Shown here one piece after another: positions 46,525-54,422 of a stretch of 64,000 nucleotides of DNA (the first letter of the stretch is position 1; the number at the start of each line of letters is the position of its first letter). The translations under genes and the position numbers were made by a program. The stretch comes from Candidatus Micrarchaeota archaeon (lineage in GTDB: Archaea > Micrarchaeota > Micrarchaeia > Norongarragalinales > Norongarragalinaceae), in contig JACPGT010000013.1 of NCBI GenBank assembly GCA_016188965.1, forward strand, positions 66 through 64,065. Reading direction: 5' to 3'. A model generated the notes under the pieces. That model had not been told where the DNA came from. It made no database searches and was given only the letters and a program-made list of their open reading frames with translations.

Positions 46525-46848
46525 ATGCCGTATATCCCGAAGCCCAAGGAAAAATTCCCGATTCCATCCGGCCTCAAACGCCGGGCCAAAGTACTCGCAT
46601 CCGACCCCAACTTCAAGAACGCCTTCGCCGAACGCTGGCACCCCCAATGGTTCGGCGAACTAGTCCGGACCTACGGCGGACAACACGAATTAGTCATCCA
46701 CGCCGGAGTACGGCTCTTAGTCAACCGCGGCCTGGACTATGAGACGCTGTCGAAAGAACACGGCGGGCTCCATTCAGCCATGCATCGGCTTGCCAAGCAA
46801 AAACAGATGAAACCCAAATCCATCTGGCACGCGCACGGCGGAAAATAA
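46525..46848 (+). CDS. hypothetical basic protein
   Basis: 107-aa ORF from ATG 46525, 5 nt after the DedA stop. No motif recognised. Confidence 0.4.
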   Translation: MPYIPKPKEKFPIPSGLKRRAKVLASDPNFKNAFAERWHPQWFGELVRTYGGQHELVIHAGVRLLVNRGLDYETLSKEHGGLHSAMHRLAKQKQMKPKSIWHAHGGK

Positions 46849-46960
46849 GAAGACTGACGCCAGAAAAAAAACAACCGTCCCCCACGTGCACGGTTGCGTC
46901 GCGTCCAGTTCAGACCGAAGCGACCCGCAACGCCGCCTGCTTGAGCGCCTCGACCCCCCT

Positions 46961-48171
46961 TCAATCGACCGCCGCGATTCGAACAGCGGCGGCCTTCAGG
47001 TCTTGGGCCTTGTCCGTCTTTTCCCACGTGAAATCCGGATCATCCCGCCCGAAGTGCCCGTACGCCGCCGTCTTTCGGTAAATCGGGCGCTTAAGCCGAA
47101 GGTGCTCGATGATGGCCCGCGGCTTGAGGACAAAATGCTGTCGCACTAGTTTTTCCAACGCCGCATCCGGAATCAAGCCTGTGCCGAATGAGTTGACCAG
47201 CACCGAAACCGGCTCGGCCACGCCGATGCTGTACGCCAACTGCACCTCGACTTTCGAAGCCAACCCGGCCGCGACGAGGTTCTTGGCCACGTACCGCGCC
47301 ATGTACGCCGCCGAGCGGTCCACCTTGGACGGATCCTTCCCGCTGAAGGCGCCGCCGCCGTGCCGGCCGTAGCCGCCATAGGTGTCGACGATGATCTTGC
47401 GACCCGTCAGACCCGTGTCCGCCTCCGGTCCGCCCACAACGAAGATGCCGGTGGCGTTGATGAAGAATTTCGTTTGCGCATCCAGCCACGCGCCGCAGAC
47501 CGGCTTGATGACCTGCTCGATCACGTCGGAACGCAGTTTGTCCTGCGGCACGTCCGGATTGTGGTGCACGGCGATGACCACGGCATCCACCCGCTTCGGC
47601 TTGCCGTCGACGTATTCGACGGTGACCTGGCTCTTGCCGTCCGGCCGCACCCACGACAGGATGGCCTCCTTGCGGACCTGGGCCAAGCGAGCCGTCAGCT
47701 TGTGCGCCAGGCTAATGGGCAGCGGCATGAGTTCCGGCGTCTCGTCGCAGGCAAAACCGAACATCAGGCCCTGGTCGCCAGCGCCCTGCTCATGGTCCTG
47801 CGACTCGTCGACGCCAATCGCGATGTTCTGGCTCTGCTCATGGATGGCCGTCAGCACGGCACAATCCTTCGAATCCAGGCCGTACTCCGGATCGGTATAA
47901 CCGATTCCCTCCAAGGTCTTGCGCACGATGCCCTGGATGTCCGAATATGCTCTCGTCGTGACCTCGCCGGCGACCATGATGAGTCCCGTGCTGGTCAGCG
48001 TCTCGACCGCTACCCGCGATTGCGGATCCTGCCGCAGCAGGTCGTCGAGGATGGCATCGGATACCTGATCACAGATTGTAGACACGCACGGGACGGCAAA
48101 CGCCGTCACATGGTTTTGTCCGGGTGACCCTCGGTAACCGACTCCGACGTGAAAAACGATCGTTCTGCCAT
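46961..48171 (-). CDS. metK: S-adenosylmethionine synthetase, bacterial/eukaryal MetK type, interrupted by a 38-nt intervening sequence (exons 48171..48115 and 48076..46961)
   Basis: Exon 1 encodes [19 protein letters not shown], preceded by GGAGGT 8 nt upstream. Exon 2 encodes [11 protein letters not shown]...[12 protein letters not shown]...[16 protein letters not shown]. The two parts lie in different frames and a stop lies inside the insert. Confidence 0.85.
48077..48114 (-). other. 38-nt intervening sequence in metK, candidate BHB-type intron (junction ambiguous by +/-1 nt)
   Basis: Removal restores GHPDK-ICDQ exactly. Contains hairpin GACGGC-GTTT-GCCGTC extended by CATG/CGTG. A 4-bp helix GGAC/GTCT is flanked by 3-nt AAA and ACA segments at the junctions. 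Confidence 0.55.
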
Positions 48172-48463
48172 AGCTTGAACCTCCAAATGAACTGGCTGAC
48201 AGACTGATGCGGCGGGCGCGTTAAAAGAATTCCTGACAACTTTATTCCGATAAGAATAAAAAGGGTGTTTGGTTAGTACCGTAGAGCGCGCGGGCATCCA
48301 TTGCTTTCGTGTCTTGGGATTCGGTCTAACCCACCTTCCCCCACCCAGCAAAGAAAAAACCGTTCCGGGAAAGCAACCCCACCCGCCGACCCGGAACGGT
48401 TCCACCTCAACGGCACCGGCGGACGCAGGCATCAACCGTCCGCACGGCCAGCGGGCAAAAACC

Positions 48464-49024
48464 ATGTTGCCGTCCATCCAGGAAATCAAGGCGCGGCGCA
48501 AGAAACTAGGCTTGACCCAGTCCCAACTCGCCTCGGAGGCGGGCGTGTCGCAGTCGCTCATCGCCAAAATCGAAGCCGGGACGCTGGACGCTTCGTATTC
48601 CAACGCCGTACGGATTTTCGAGGCAATTGAGCGGCTCGAGCACAAGATTACCCCACTGGCGAGCCAAATCATGCATGCCGGCGTGCAGCACGTCAAGACG
48701 ACGGATTCAGTGGGCAAAGCCCTGAAGCTGATGAAATCGCAGGATTTCTCACAGGTGCCGGTCTACGAAGGCAGCCACCCCGTCGGGAGCCTGTCGGACA
48801 AGACGGTGCTGGACAAGATTTCCGAAGGCATGGGCATGGCGGAATTGTCCGCATTGAAAGTTGCCGACGTGATGGGCGACGGTTTTCCCGTGGTGGATGA
48901 AAAAACGCCCCTGCCCGCCGTCTCGTCTCTTCTGAACTACCATTTCGCTGTTCTTGTTCGGAAAAAGGACAAGATCGACGGCATCATCACCAAGGCGGAC
49001 TTGATGAAGCTGGTGGGACGCTAA
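48464..49024 (+). CDS. XRE-type HTH + CBS-pair domain regulator
   Basis: LGLTQSQLASEAGVSQSLIAKIE HTH followed by two CBS-like repeats. ATG 48464. Confidence 0.7.
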   Translation: MLPSIQEIKARRKKLGLTQSQLASEAGVSQSLIAKIEAGTLDASYSNAVRIFEAIERLEHKITPLASQIMHAGVQHVKTTDSVGKALKLMKSQDFSQVPVYEGSHPVGSLSDKTVLDKISEGMGMAELSALKVADVMGDGFPVVDEKTPLPAVSSLLNYHFAVLVRKKDKIDGIITKADLMKLVGR

Positions 49025-49027
49025 CGG

Positions 49028-49567
49028 CTAGTTCTCTTGGAAAGACTGGAAGATGGATTCGTAAAGAGCGCTGTTGGAGGTGAACGTGTTCTTCAACGAA
49101 CCAACGATCACCAAAAACACCTTGCCCGGGCTTTTCTTTGATTGGATCACCACGGCTTTCCTCTTAACCCCAATATCGTCTTGCGGTTCTAAAACCACGG
49201 CATGGGCATCGTAACCATTAACCACAGTAGGGCCGTCGAAGACGACGTCGATCGTCCCGGCGTTCTGCTCCGCCGCGCCATCCTTCATGCCTGCCACCAA
49301 AGTTGACGCAAGGTCCTTAAGCGACATTTTTTCCACGCTGTTGTCGTGGCTTGCCACCCGAATCTCCTCTCCATAAGATTCGATCTGAACGGAATAAACT
49401 TCGTCAGGCGTCTCATGCACGCTCCAGCCTTGCGGATATTTGATCGAAAAACCGGCGTCCGGACTCGCGAAAGTCGCAAGTTTGCTCGAGGACGGAGTTT
49501 GAACGTTCTGGACGCAACCTGCCAAAAACAGGGCGAAAAAAAGAGCAACGGCAATTAAAGCGTTCAT
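49028..49567 (-). CDS. lipobox-bearing secreted protein (PsbP/DUF1795-like guess)
   Basis: Signal MNALIAVALFFALFLAGC. FSIKYPQGW...beta-rich body. Confidence 0.5.
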   Translation of the reverse strand: MNALIAVALFFALFLAGCVQNVQTPSSSKLATFASPDAGFSIKYPQGWSVHETPDEVYSVQIESYGEEIRVASHDNSVEKMSLKDLASTLVAGMKDGAAEQNAGTIDVVFDGPTVVNGYDAHAVVLEPQDDIGVKRKAVVIQSKKSPGKVFLVIVGSLKNTFTSNSALYESIFQSFQEN

Positions 49568-49610
49568 GTAATCGCCAAAGCGGGCGTGAATTAAAGGCTT
49601 TTGATAAAAA

Positions 49611-49625
49611 GGGCCCGGGGAGATT
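49611..49625 (-). repeat. 15-nt exact duplicate of the 3' end of tRNA-Ile
   Basis: gggcccggggagatt is identical to 49836..49850. A T-run follows on the minus strand. Confidence 0.8.
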
Positions 49626-49834
49626 TGTAACCGGAACCGCGGGGAGGAACGCCTTCCCTCAGTTTCCGCATAAGTCTTCGGAGGACTTATGGGACCCGCA
49701 AATTCAGCAGAATTTGCACGGTCACGTTCTTCCGGAGCCCCACCCTAACGAATGCATTGCGAATCAGAAAAGGGAAGGAGGCGAGGCCCAGGGCGGGCCA
49801 GGAGGAAACCGTAGGTTTCCTCCGGGGCGACCAA
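49626..49834. mobile_element. about 210-nt hairpin-rich insert between the tRNA-Ile 3' end and its duplicate (M2 at 49631..49669, M1 on the opposite strand at 49778..49832)
   Basis: Same end motifs as the tRNA-Arg insert but inverted relative to the tRNA. Inner perfect hairpins CATAAGTC..GACTTATG and GCAAATTC-AGCA-GAATTTGC. No ORF. Confidence 0.4.
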
Positions 49835-49941
49835 TGGGCCCGGGGAGATTCGAACTCCCGACCGCTCGATGTCCAAAGGTTCAGGCATGTGCCGGAACGC
49901 ATTATCAGTCGAGTGCTCCAACCAGGCTAAGCTACGGGCCC
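49835..49941 (-). tRNA. tRNA-Ile(GAT) with canonical 32-nt intron (49871..49902)
   Basis: Hand fold: acceptor GGGCCCG/CGGGCCC, D arm GCTT..GAGC, anticodon stem CTCGA/TCGAG, loop CTGATAA after splicing, variable CGGTC, T arm GGGAG-TTCGAAT-CTCCC, discriminator A. Confidence 0.85.
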
Positions 49942-49972
49942 AAAAACAGCGGATTTCTTGTTGCGCGAGCCG

Positions 49973-49982
49973 TTTTTTATAG
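49973..49982 (-). promoter_or_regulatory. TATA box (CTATAAAAAA on minus strand) upstream of tRNA-Ile
   Basis: Located about 32-41 nt upstream of the mature 5' end, with a G/C-rich BRE-like flank. Confidence 0.4.
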
Positions 49983-50277
49983 CCCACCGTCAGGGCCAGA
50001 ACGCACGAAAAGACGCGGAAGAAAAAAAGCAAAAGAAGAATGGCGAATCCGGACGGCGTCAGGATCAGCCGGCCATGCCTTGGACCGCGCCCAACGATAC
50101 GGCGGCCGAAATCCACTGCGCGATTTCCTCATCCATGTTGGTCGACAAGGCGACCACCTCCCGCCGGTTTGGTTGACGCAGGCAGGGATGCCCCATGGCG
50201 CGACTTCGGAGCGCCCCGCCGTGCATTACGCATTCAATCCGGAAAACCGGAAAAAAAGGAACAAAGGAGGTTACGGT

Positions 50278-51222
50278 TCAGCCGTAGCCTCCGCCGACAA
50301 CGCCACTCACGGCGCCGCCGACCGAGCCACTGCCGGAACCGGATGCCCCGCCAGAAGCGGAGCCGGATGCGTCAGCGGAAGCCGAACCGGACGCCTCGCT
50401 CGAACCGCCCACGCCGATGCCACCGACGATGTTGCCGGTCGAGTTGAGCGTGCCGCCGATGATCACGTCACCCGTGGTGCCGACGAGGACGACGGCATCC
50501 GCCGGAATGGCCAGGCCGATGCCGACGTTGCCCTTGATATCCATGCCGACTTTCACGTTGGTTTTGACCGAGCCGCCGACGATCTGGACGCGGTTGCCGT
50601 TCTCGACGTTCACCTTCGCGTCCGTGCGCGATTCGAACTGGATGACCGGCGCCATGACGTACTTGGCCTCGGCGCTCCCTTGGCCTTCCGCCTTCCCGGC
50701 GACATGCAACGACTCGTCCGCGATGAAGTCGAACGTCGCGCTGGACGTGCCGTTGGCCTTGACCACGAGGTCGCCGATGAACTTGATCTGGTTCGACGGC
50801 ATCTTGGCCTGGTGCGAGCCCTCCGCATCCACGACCGTGACGCTGGACACATCCATGCGCATCTGGTCATAGGTGTCGGCTTTCAGCTGGGCGTCCGCCA
50901 GCAGCGCCGTGGCGCCTTGCGCCTTCAACTCCAACAGGTCGACCGTCTTGGATTCGCTCGACGCCGTCACCCATCCTTGCGACGCGCTGTGGACCTGGAC
51001 CGAATCGATGCGCATCTGGACGCTGCTGACGGCACCCATGTCCGCCGCCGCGTCCGTGACTCCGAACACGGCACGGCCCGTGGCGGTCGTGCCGCTGCCA
51101 TACCCTCCGGACGATGTTGGCGAAGCCGTCGGCGTCGTGCTCACGCTTCCTTGCGCCGTGCAGCCGACCAACATCAGCGAAACGGCCAACACACCCAACA
51201 ACATCCAACGCATCGAATTCAT
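50278..51222 (-). CDS. lipobox-bearing secreted protein, DUF4382-like beta-sandwich N-domain, G/S-rich C-terminal tail
   Basis: MNSMRWMLLGVLAVSLMLVGC signal. VFGVTDAAAD..V..V.MRIDSVQVH..GW....S..KTVDLL.L pattern. Terminal GSASADASGSASGGASGSGSGS tract. Confidence 0.5.
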   Translation of the reverse strand: MNSMRWMLLGVLAVSLMLVGCTAQGSVSTTPTASPTSSGGYGSGTTATGRAVFGVTDAAADMGAVSSVQMRIDSVQVHSASQGWVTASSESKTVDLLELKAQGATALLADAQLKADTYDQMRMDVSSVTVVDAEGSHQAKMPSNQIKFIGDLVVKANGTSSATFDFIADESLHVAGKAEGQGSAEAKYVMAPVIQFESRTDAKVNVENGNRVQIVGGSVKTNVKVGMDIKGNVGIGLAIPADAVVLVGTTGDVIIGGTLNSTGNIVGGIGVGGSSEASGSASADASGSASGGASGSGSGSVGGAVSGVVGGGYG

Positions 51223-51411
51223 AGACGTACCCACCTCGATTGTGAAACCAATAGGGTGGAGACCCGCACTCAATATAAATATTGTTATTTTAATAACGAT
51301 ACCGTTAAAACAAAAACATTGTTATGGGCGAAGGGGGAATCGATAACAGGGGGGACCGGGAACCGGCCCACCACGAGCCATTTATAGTAGTTAGCACATA
51401 ACAGTACATAC

Positions 51412-51603
51412 ATGAAATGCAAGGAATTGGGCCGCATGGTCCAATGTCGCGGGTGCGCGAAAAACTTCCAATTCTTCCCGTCCGAGCAGACCGCCCGGGC
51501 CCAGTTGTCGCTTCACTTCCCGCCTTGCCCCGGTTGCGGCTTCGAATCCGTCGTCAAACTGACGCCGACGGAAGTCCGCGTCCTGCAGACGTACATCGGC
51601 TGA
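51412..51603 (+). CDS. small zinc-ribbon protein
   Basis: 63 aa with CRGC...CPGC. Confidence 0.45.
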   Translation: MKCKELGRMVQCRGCAKNFQFFPSEQTARAQLSLHFPPCPGCGFESVVKLTPTEVRVLQTYIG

Positions 51604-51789
51604 AACGAACGCCGCTTTTCCGATGACAATACTTCTTTTGATTAGCGTGCGCTCTTTGCTAAAAGAGAGTCCATCGAATGAACGGAGCTCGCCATCGTGG
51701 CCGGCAGGCCCGATGGCTTCGCTCTTCACCGGCCAGCACCCCTCCTTTCCTTTATAAATCCGGAAATTGCCAGTCGTGTTGCTAAAGCC

Positions 51790-51945
51790 GCCATAACGGC
51801 TTTCCTCTGAAGGAAGGAAGCACCCGGAAATTCTGTACTCGACAAACGCTCCGGCGTTTGTCGGGCCCCGCAAAGCCTGAAGCTTTGCGCGGGGGTGGGG
51901 TAGAGAATACGGAACCGCCGGGTGCTTTCTTCCCTTCTCCCCGTA
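51790..51945. ncRNA. candidate structured RNA: 16-bp closing helix (GGAAGGAAGCACCCGG / CCGGGTGCTTTCTTCC) enclosing two perfect hairpins
   Basis: Inner hairpins GACAAACGC-TCCG-GCGTTTGTC and CGCAAAGC-CTGA-GCTTTGCG. TTTATAAAT at 51751..51759 could be a plus-strand promoter. Class unknown. Confidence 0.35.
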
Positions 51946-51972
51946 TTTATGTTTCAAAATCCAAAGAAGTCC

Positions 51973-52155
51973 ATGACGAAAAATCCGCTAAGGCTAACAC
52001 AAACCATTGCTTCGACCGGAGGAGAGAAGAAATGGACCCCAACGCAATGGGCTAAAGCGCTTGAAGAGTTTCCCAAATGGGGCGTCATCCACGTCGACAG
52101 CGACAAAGATTACGAAGAAGAAATGGATTCAAGAAAACCCAAAATTGCTTACTGA
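51973..52155 (+). CDS. hypothetical small protein
   Basis: 60-aa ORF from ATG 51973. A TATTTATG element about 25 nt upstream suggests a leaderless transcript. Confidence 0.3.
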   Translation: MTKNPLRLTQTIASTGGEKKWTPTQWAKALEEFPKWGVIHVDSDKDYEEEMDSRKPKIAY

Positions 52156-52967
52156 TTTTTATTTTCTTGAGACTGAATCGCCGCACCAATCGCCGTCGCG
52201 TATTGGCCATTTTCCGGAAAATGAGGCGTCTTTCCGTGGATCTGGCAGGCAAACGCGATGCGCTGCCGGATTAGTTTGTTTTGGGCGACTCGGCCGTTAA
52301 AGACCAAGTCATTGCAACCCGTCTTGTCCGCCGCTACGCTTGCCACCGTGGCAATGGTTTCGGCCACCAAGTGAAGCAGGCTCTTGGCCACGTCTTGCGG
52401 GCGGGCGTCGTCAAACGCCTTGGCAAAATGCGACGCCGTGGCGTCCGCCGGCACGACGCCGATGCCGCTGCCGACGATGTCGCCGACGGTCAGGTCCAAA
52501 CCAGCGCCGTTTTGGGCCAGCGCTTCGAGTTCCTCCACCGGCTTTTTCAGCAACAAATGTCCGAGTCCTTCCAGCGTGCCGCCGCCCACGGCAGTGCCAC
52601 CCAAATGCAGGGTCTGAAGGCCCTCATCCTCGACGTAGTAGACTACGGCGGTGCCGGTGCCGCAGGACACGGCGACGGCTTCATCCAAGCCGCTGAGTTG
52701 TTTCGCGCCGGCGGCGATGGATTCCAACTCGTCCACGGGCCGAACAAGGATTCCGGACAATTCGGACCCCACGCGCCGCACGTCGCCACCGCAAAGCGCG
52801 ACGTGCGAAACCGAGTCCTTGCAAATGCCGGTTTTTTCCAGCAGGCCCCGCAGCAATTCTTCGGCGGAAGTAAAGCGCGAAGGCGTGCTGAAACGGCCTC
52901 GAAGGGCACCGTCGGCCCAAAGCACGGCGTCGGCCCAACTTCCACCCCAATCTAGCGCAACAATCAT
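52149..52967 (-). CDS. ASKHA-fold kinase, type II pantothenate kinase (Fumble)-like
   Basis: MIVALDWGGS phosphate-1 motif, SCGTGTA, and GGTAVGGGTLEGLGHLL resembling the PanK-II GGGTF.GL motif. Confidence 0.5.
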   Translation of the reverse strand: MIVALDWGGSWADAVLWADGALRGRFSTPSRFTSAEELLRGLLEKTGICKDSVSHVALCGGDVRRVGSELSGILVRPVDELESIAAGAKQLSGLDEAVAVSCGTGTAVVYYVEDEGLQTLHLGGTAVGGGTLEGLGHLLLKKPVEELEALAQNGAGLDLTVGDIVGSGIGVVPADATASHFAKAFDDARPQDVAKSLLHLVAETIATVASVAADKTGCNDLVFNGRVAQNKLIRQRIAFACQIHGKTPHFPENGQYATAIGAAIQSQENKNQ

Positions 52968-53100
52968 AACATCCGCCAATGAAATGCGTTTTTCTTTGAT
53001 GCGCCTATAGCAAGACCGGCAAATTTAACGACGATTTGGCCGGTCTTGCTAGACAGCAAACCAATAGTATTTTGTCGGGTTACTTTATTGGTTTGCTGTA

Positions 53101-53124
53101 ACTTTCTTTTTCGAAAAAGAAAGT
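53101..53124. terminator. 24-nt perfect palindrome ACTTTCTTTTTCGAAAAAGAAAGT downstream of cutA
   Basis: Adjacent to a second 13-bp inverted repeat (53053..53065 / 53086..53098). Same T-rich palindrome type as 34705..34724 and 34889..34908. Confidence 0.45.
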
Positions 53125-53154
53125 CGGGCCCCCAGTCCAGCGACGCGATCAAAG

Positions 53155-53487
53155 TCATGTCACCGCCAGGAAATCCCGCAGCCATCTTTCGTATTCCGCG
53201 CCGACGTGCATGGCCGGGTAAAAACAGACGCAGGGCACGTCGTGGGAATGAAGCGACTTGACTTTCTTTTCAAAAGCCGGGATCTTGGCCCGAGTCGTCT
53301 TGCACAACAGGAGGACTTCATCCGCATGCTGGACTTCGCCTTGCCAGGAAAATACCGAATGCACGCCGGTCAGAATGTTGACGCAGGCGGCCAGTTTTTC
53401 TCTCACGAGGACGTCCGCGATTCTTTGGCCTTCGCCGGCATCCGCACAGATGACGTAGCCCAGCACGACTTCGTTGGCGTCCGCCAT
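53155..53487 (-). CDS. cutA: divalent-cation tolerance protein CutA
   Basis: KLAACVNI...SVFSWQGEV...E..LL.KT is the CutA1 signature. 110 aa. Confidence 0.85.
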   Translation of the reverse strand: MADANEVVLGYVICADAGEGQRIADVLVREKLAACVNILTGVHSVFSWQGEVQHADEVLLLCKTTRAKIPAFEKKVKSLHSHDVPCVCFYPAMHVGAEYERWLRDFLAVT

Positions 53488-53495
53488 GCCCCGCT

Positions 53496-54416
53496 TCAGC
53501 CCACGTCCTGCGCCACGCCGGCGACGCGCAGGCCTTTGGCGTTCAGGTCGAAAAGCACCACGGCGTCCTTGCGTAGGGCGACGGGTTTGTGGAATTGGAT
53601 CAGGCAGTCGACCGCAGTGCCGGGGACGAGGTCCTTATCAACCTGGCAGGGCACGGATTGGAATCCGGCCACGGCGTGCAGCTGCTTGCCGGGAAGCTCC
53701 TTCCAGTACTTCGGGACGTTCACCGTCGCTTCGACTTCGGCAAAAACCGGCACGTCGCCCAGCACGGTCCCGCGGCCCAATTGGTCAGGCGCCGGACCTT
53801 TGTACTTGATGCCGAAGCGGTCGCCGGCTTCCGCGTGCTCGACGTCGACGTCGTTCTGCTGGATGCTACGCACCTCAAGTGCGACGTCGCCCGGTTTTGC
53901 CGGCAGTTTGTCGTGCACGTGCATGGTTCCTTGCACCATGAAGCCCAACGCCACGCTGCCCACCCCCCGCACGTCGAAAGCGTGGTCCAGCCAGGCTTTC
54001 GGCGGCGCGTCCTTTGGGCGTTGCGCCTCGAAGGAAAGAATCTTAGTCTTGGCCTCATCCAACGTGGAAAAGACGTCGTAATGCAGGCCGACTTCGTTCA
54101 TGAAAGCGGAAACGTCGTGGACGCCCACAAGAACGCCGTGGCTCTTGCCTAATGCCGAAAGCAAGACCAGCGTCTCACCCATCTGGGGGGAAGGTTCGGC
54201 CAAAAGCACGATGAAATCCGCACCGGACAGCGCGATGGCCAGGCTGACGGGTTTTTCCGGGTACGACGACGGCTCCAAGACGTTGACCTTCTTGCCGGAA
54301 AACACGGTGTGGTAGAAGGACACGTCCTCGTTGTGCGATTTCTTGGCCAGCGCGGAAGCCGCGGCTTTGCGCGAATCCGGGCTTCCGCCCACTACGGCGA
54401 TGTTCAAAGACGACAT
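53496..54416 (-). CDS. EF-Tu/EF-1alpha-like three-domain protein with degenerate GTPase motifs
   Basis: Domain II-like DHAFDVRGVGSVALGFMVQGTMHVHDKL and RSIQQNDVDVEHAEAGDRFGI. The N-terminal G-like domain begins IAVVGGSPDSRK, lacks GKS/T, and has no DxxG or NKxD. Confidence 0.55.
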   Translation of the reverse strand: MSSLNIAVVGGSPDSRKAAASALAKKSHNEDVSFYHTVFSGKKVNVLEPSSYPEKPVSLAIALSGADFIVLLAEPSPQMGETLVLLSALGKSHGVLVGVHDVSAFMNEVGLHYDVFSTLDEAKTKILSFEAQRPKDAPPKAWLDHAFDVRGVGSVALGFMVQGTMHVHDKLPAKPGDVALEVRSIQQNDVDVEHAEAGDRFGIKYKGPAPDQLGRGTVLGDVPVFAEVEATVNVPKYWKELPGKQLHAVAGFQSVPCQVDKDLVPGTAVDCLIQFHKPVALRKDAVVLFDLNAKGLRVAGVAQDVG

Positions 54417-54422
54417 GACTTC

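Noticed and set aside
48077-48114. Programmed ribosomal frameshift or stop-codon read-through as the explanation for the metK split
   Set aside because: The two conserved blocks are separated by 38 nt containing an in-frame TGA. Translating through in any frame would insert about 12 unrelated residues into the invariant GHPDKICDQ active-site segment. Precise excision is the only way to restore the motif. A pseudogene remains the alternative.
48106-48717. 203-aa minus-strand ORF upstream of metK
   Set aside because: Only its last 19 codons ([19 protein letters not shown]) are real coding sequence, namely metK exon 1. The rest runs through the metK promoter region and overlaps the divergent HTH-CBS gene region.
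51790-51945. Miniature RNase P RNA (minus strand) or SRP helix 8 (plus strand GAAGGAAGGAAGCACCC)
   Set aside because: The P4-like pairing is simply a continuous long helix with no P2/P3 organisation. The enclosed region is only about 90 nt, and the SRP tetraloop and symmetric-loop register does not fit. Kept only as an unclassified candidate.
51391-51957. 188-aa minus-strand ORF spanning the structured intergenic block
   Set aside because: It overlaps the zinc-ribbon ORF on the other strand, runs through perfect hairpins, and has an implausible composition with no motif.
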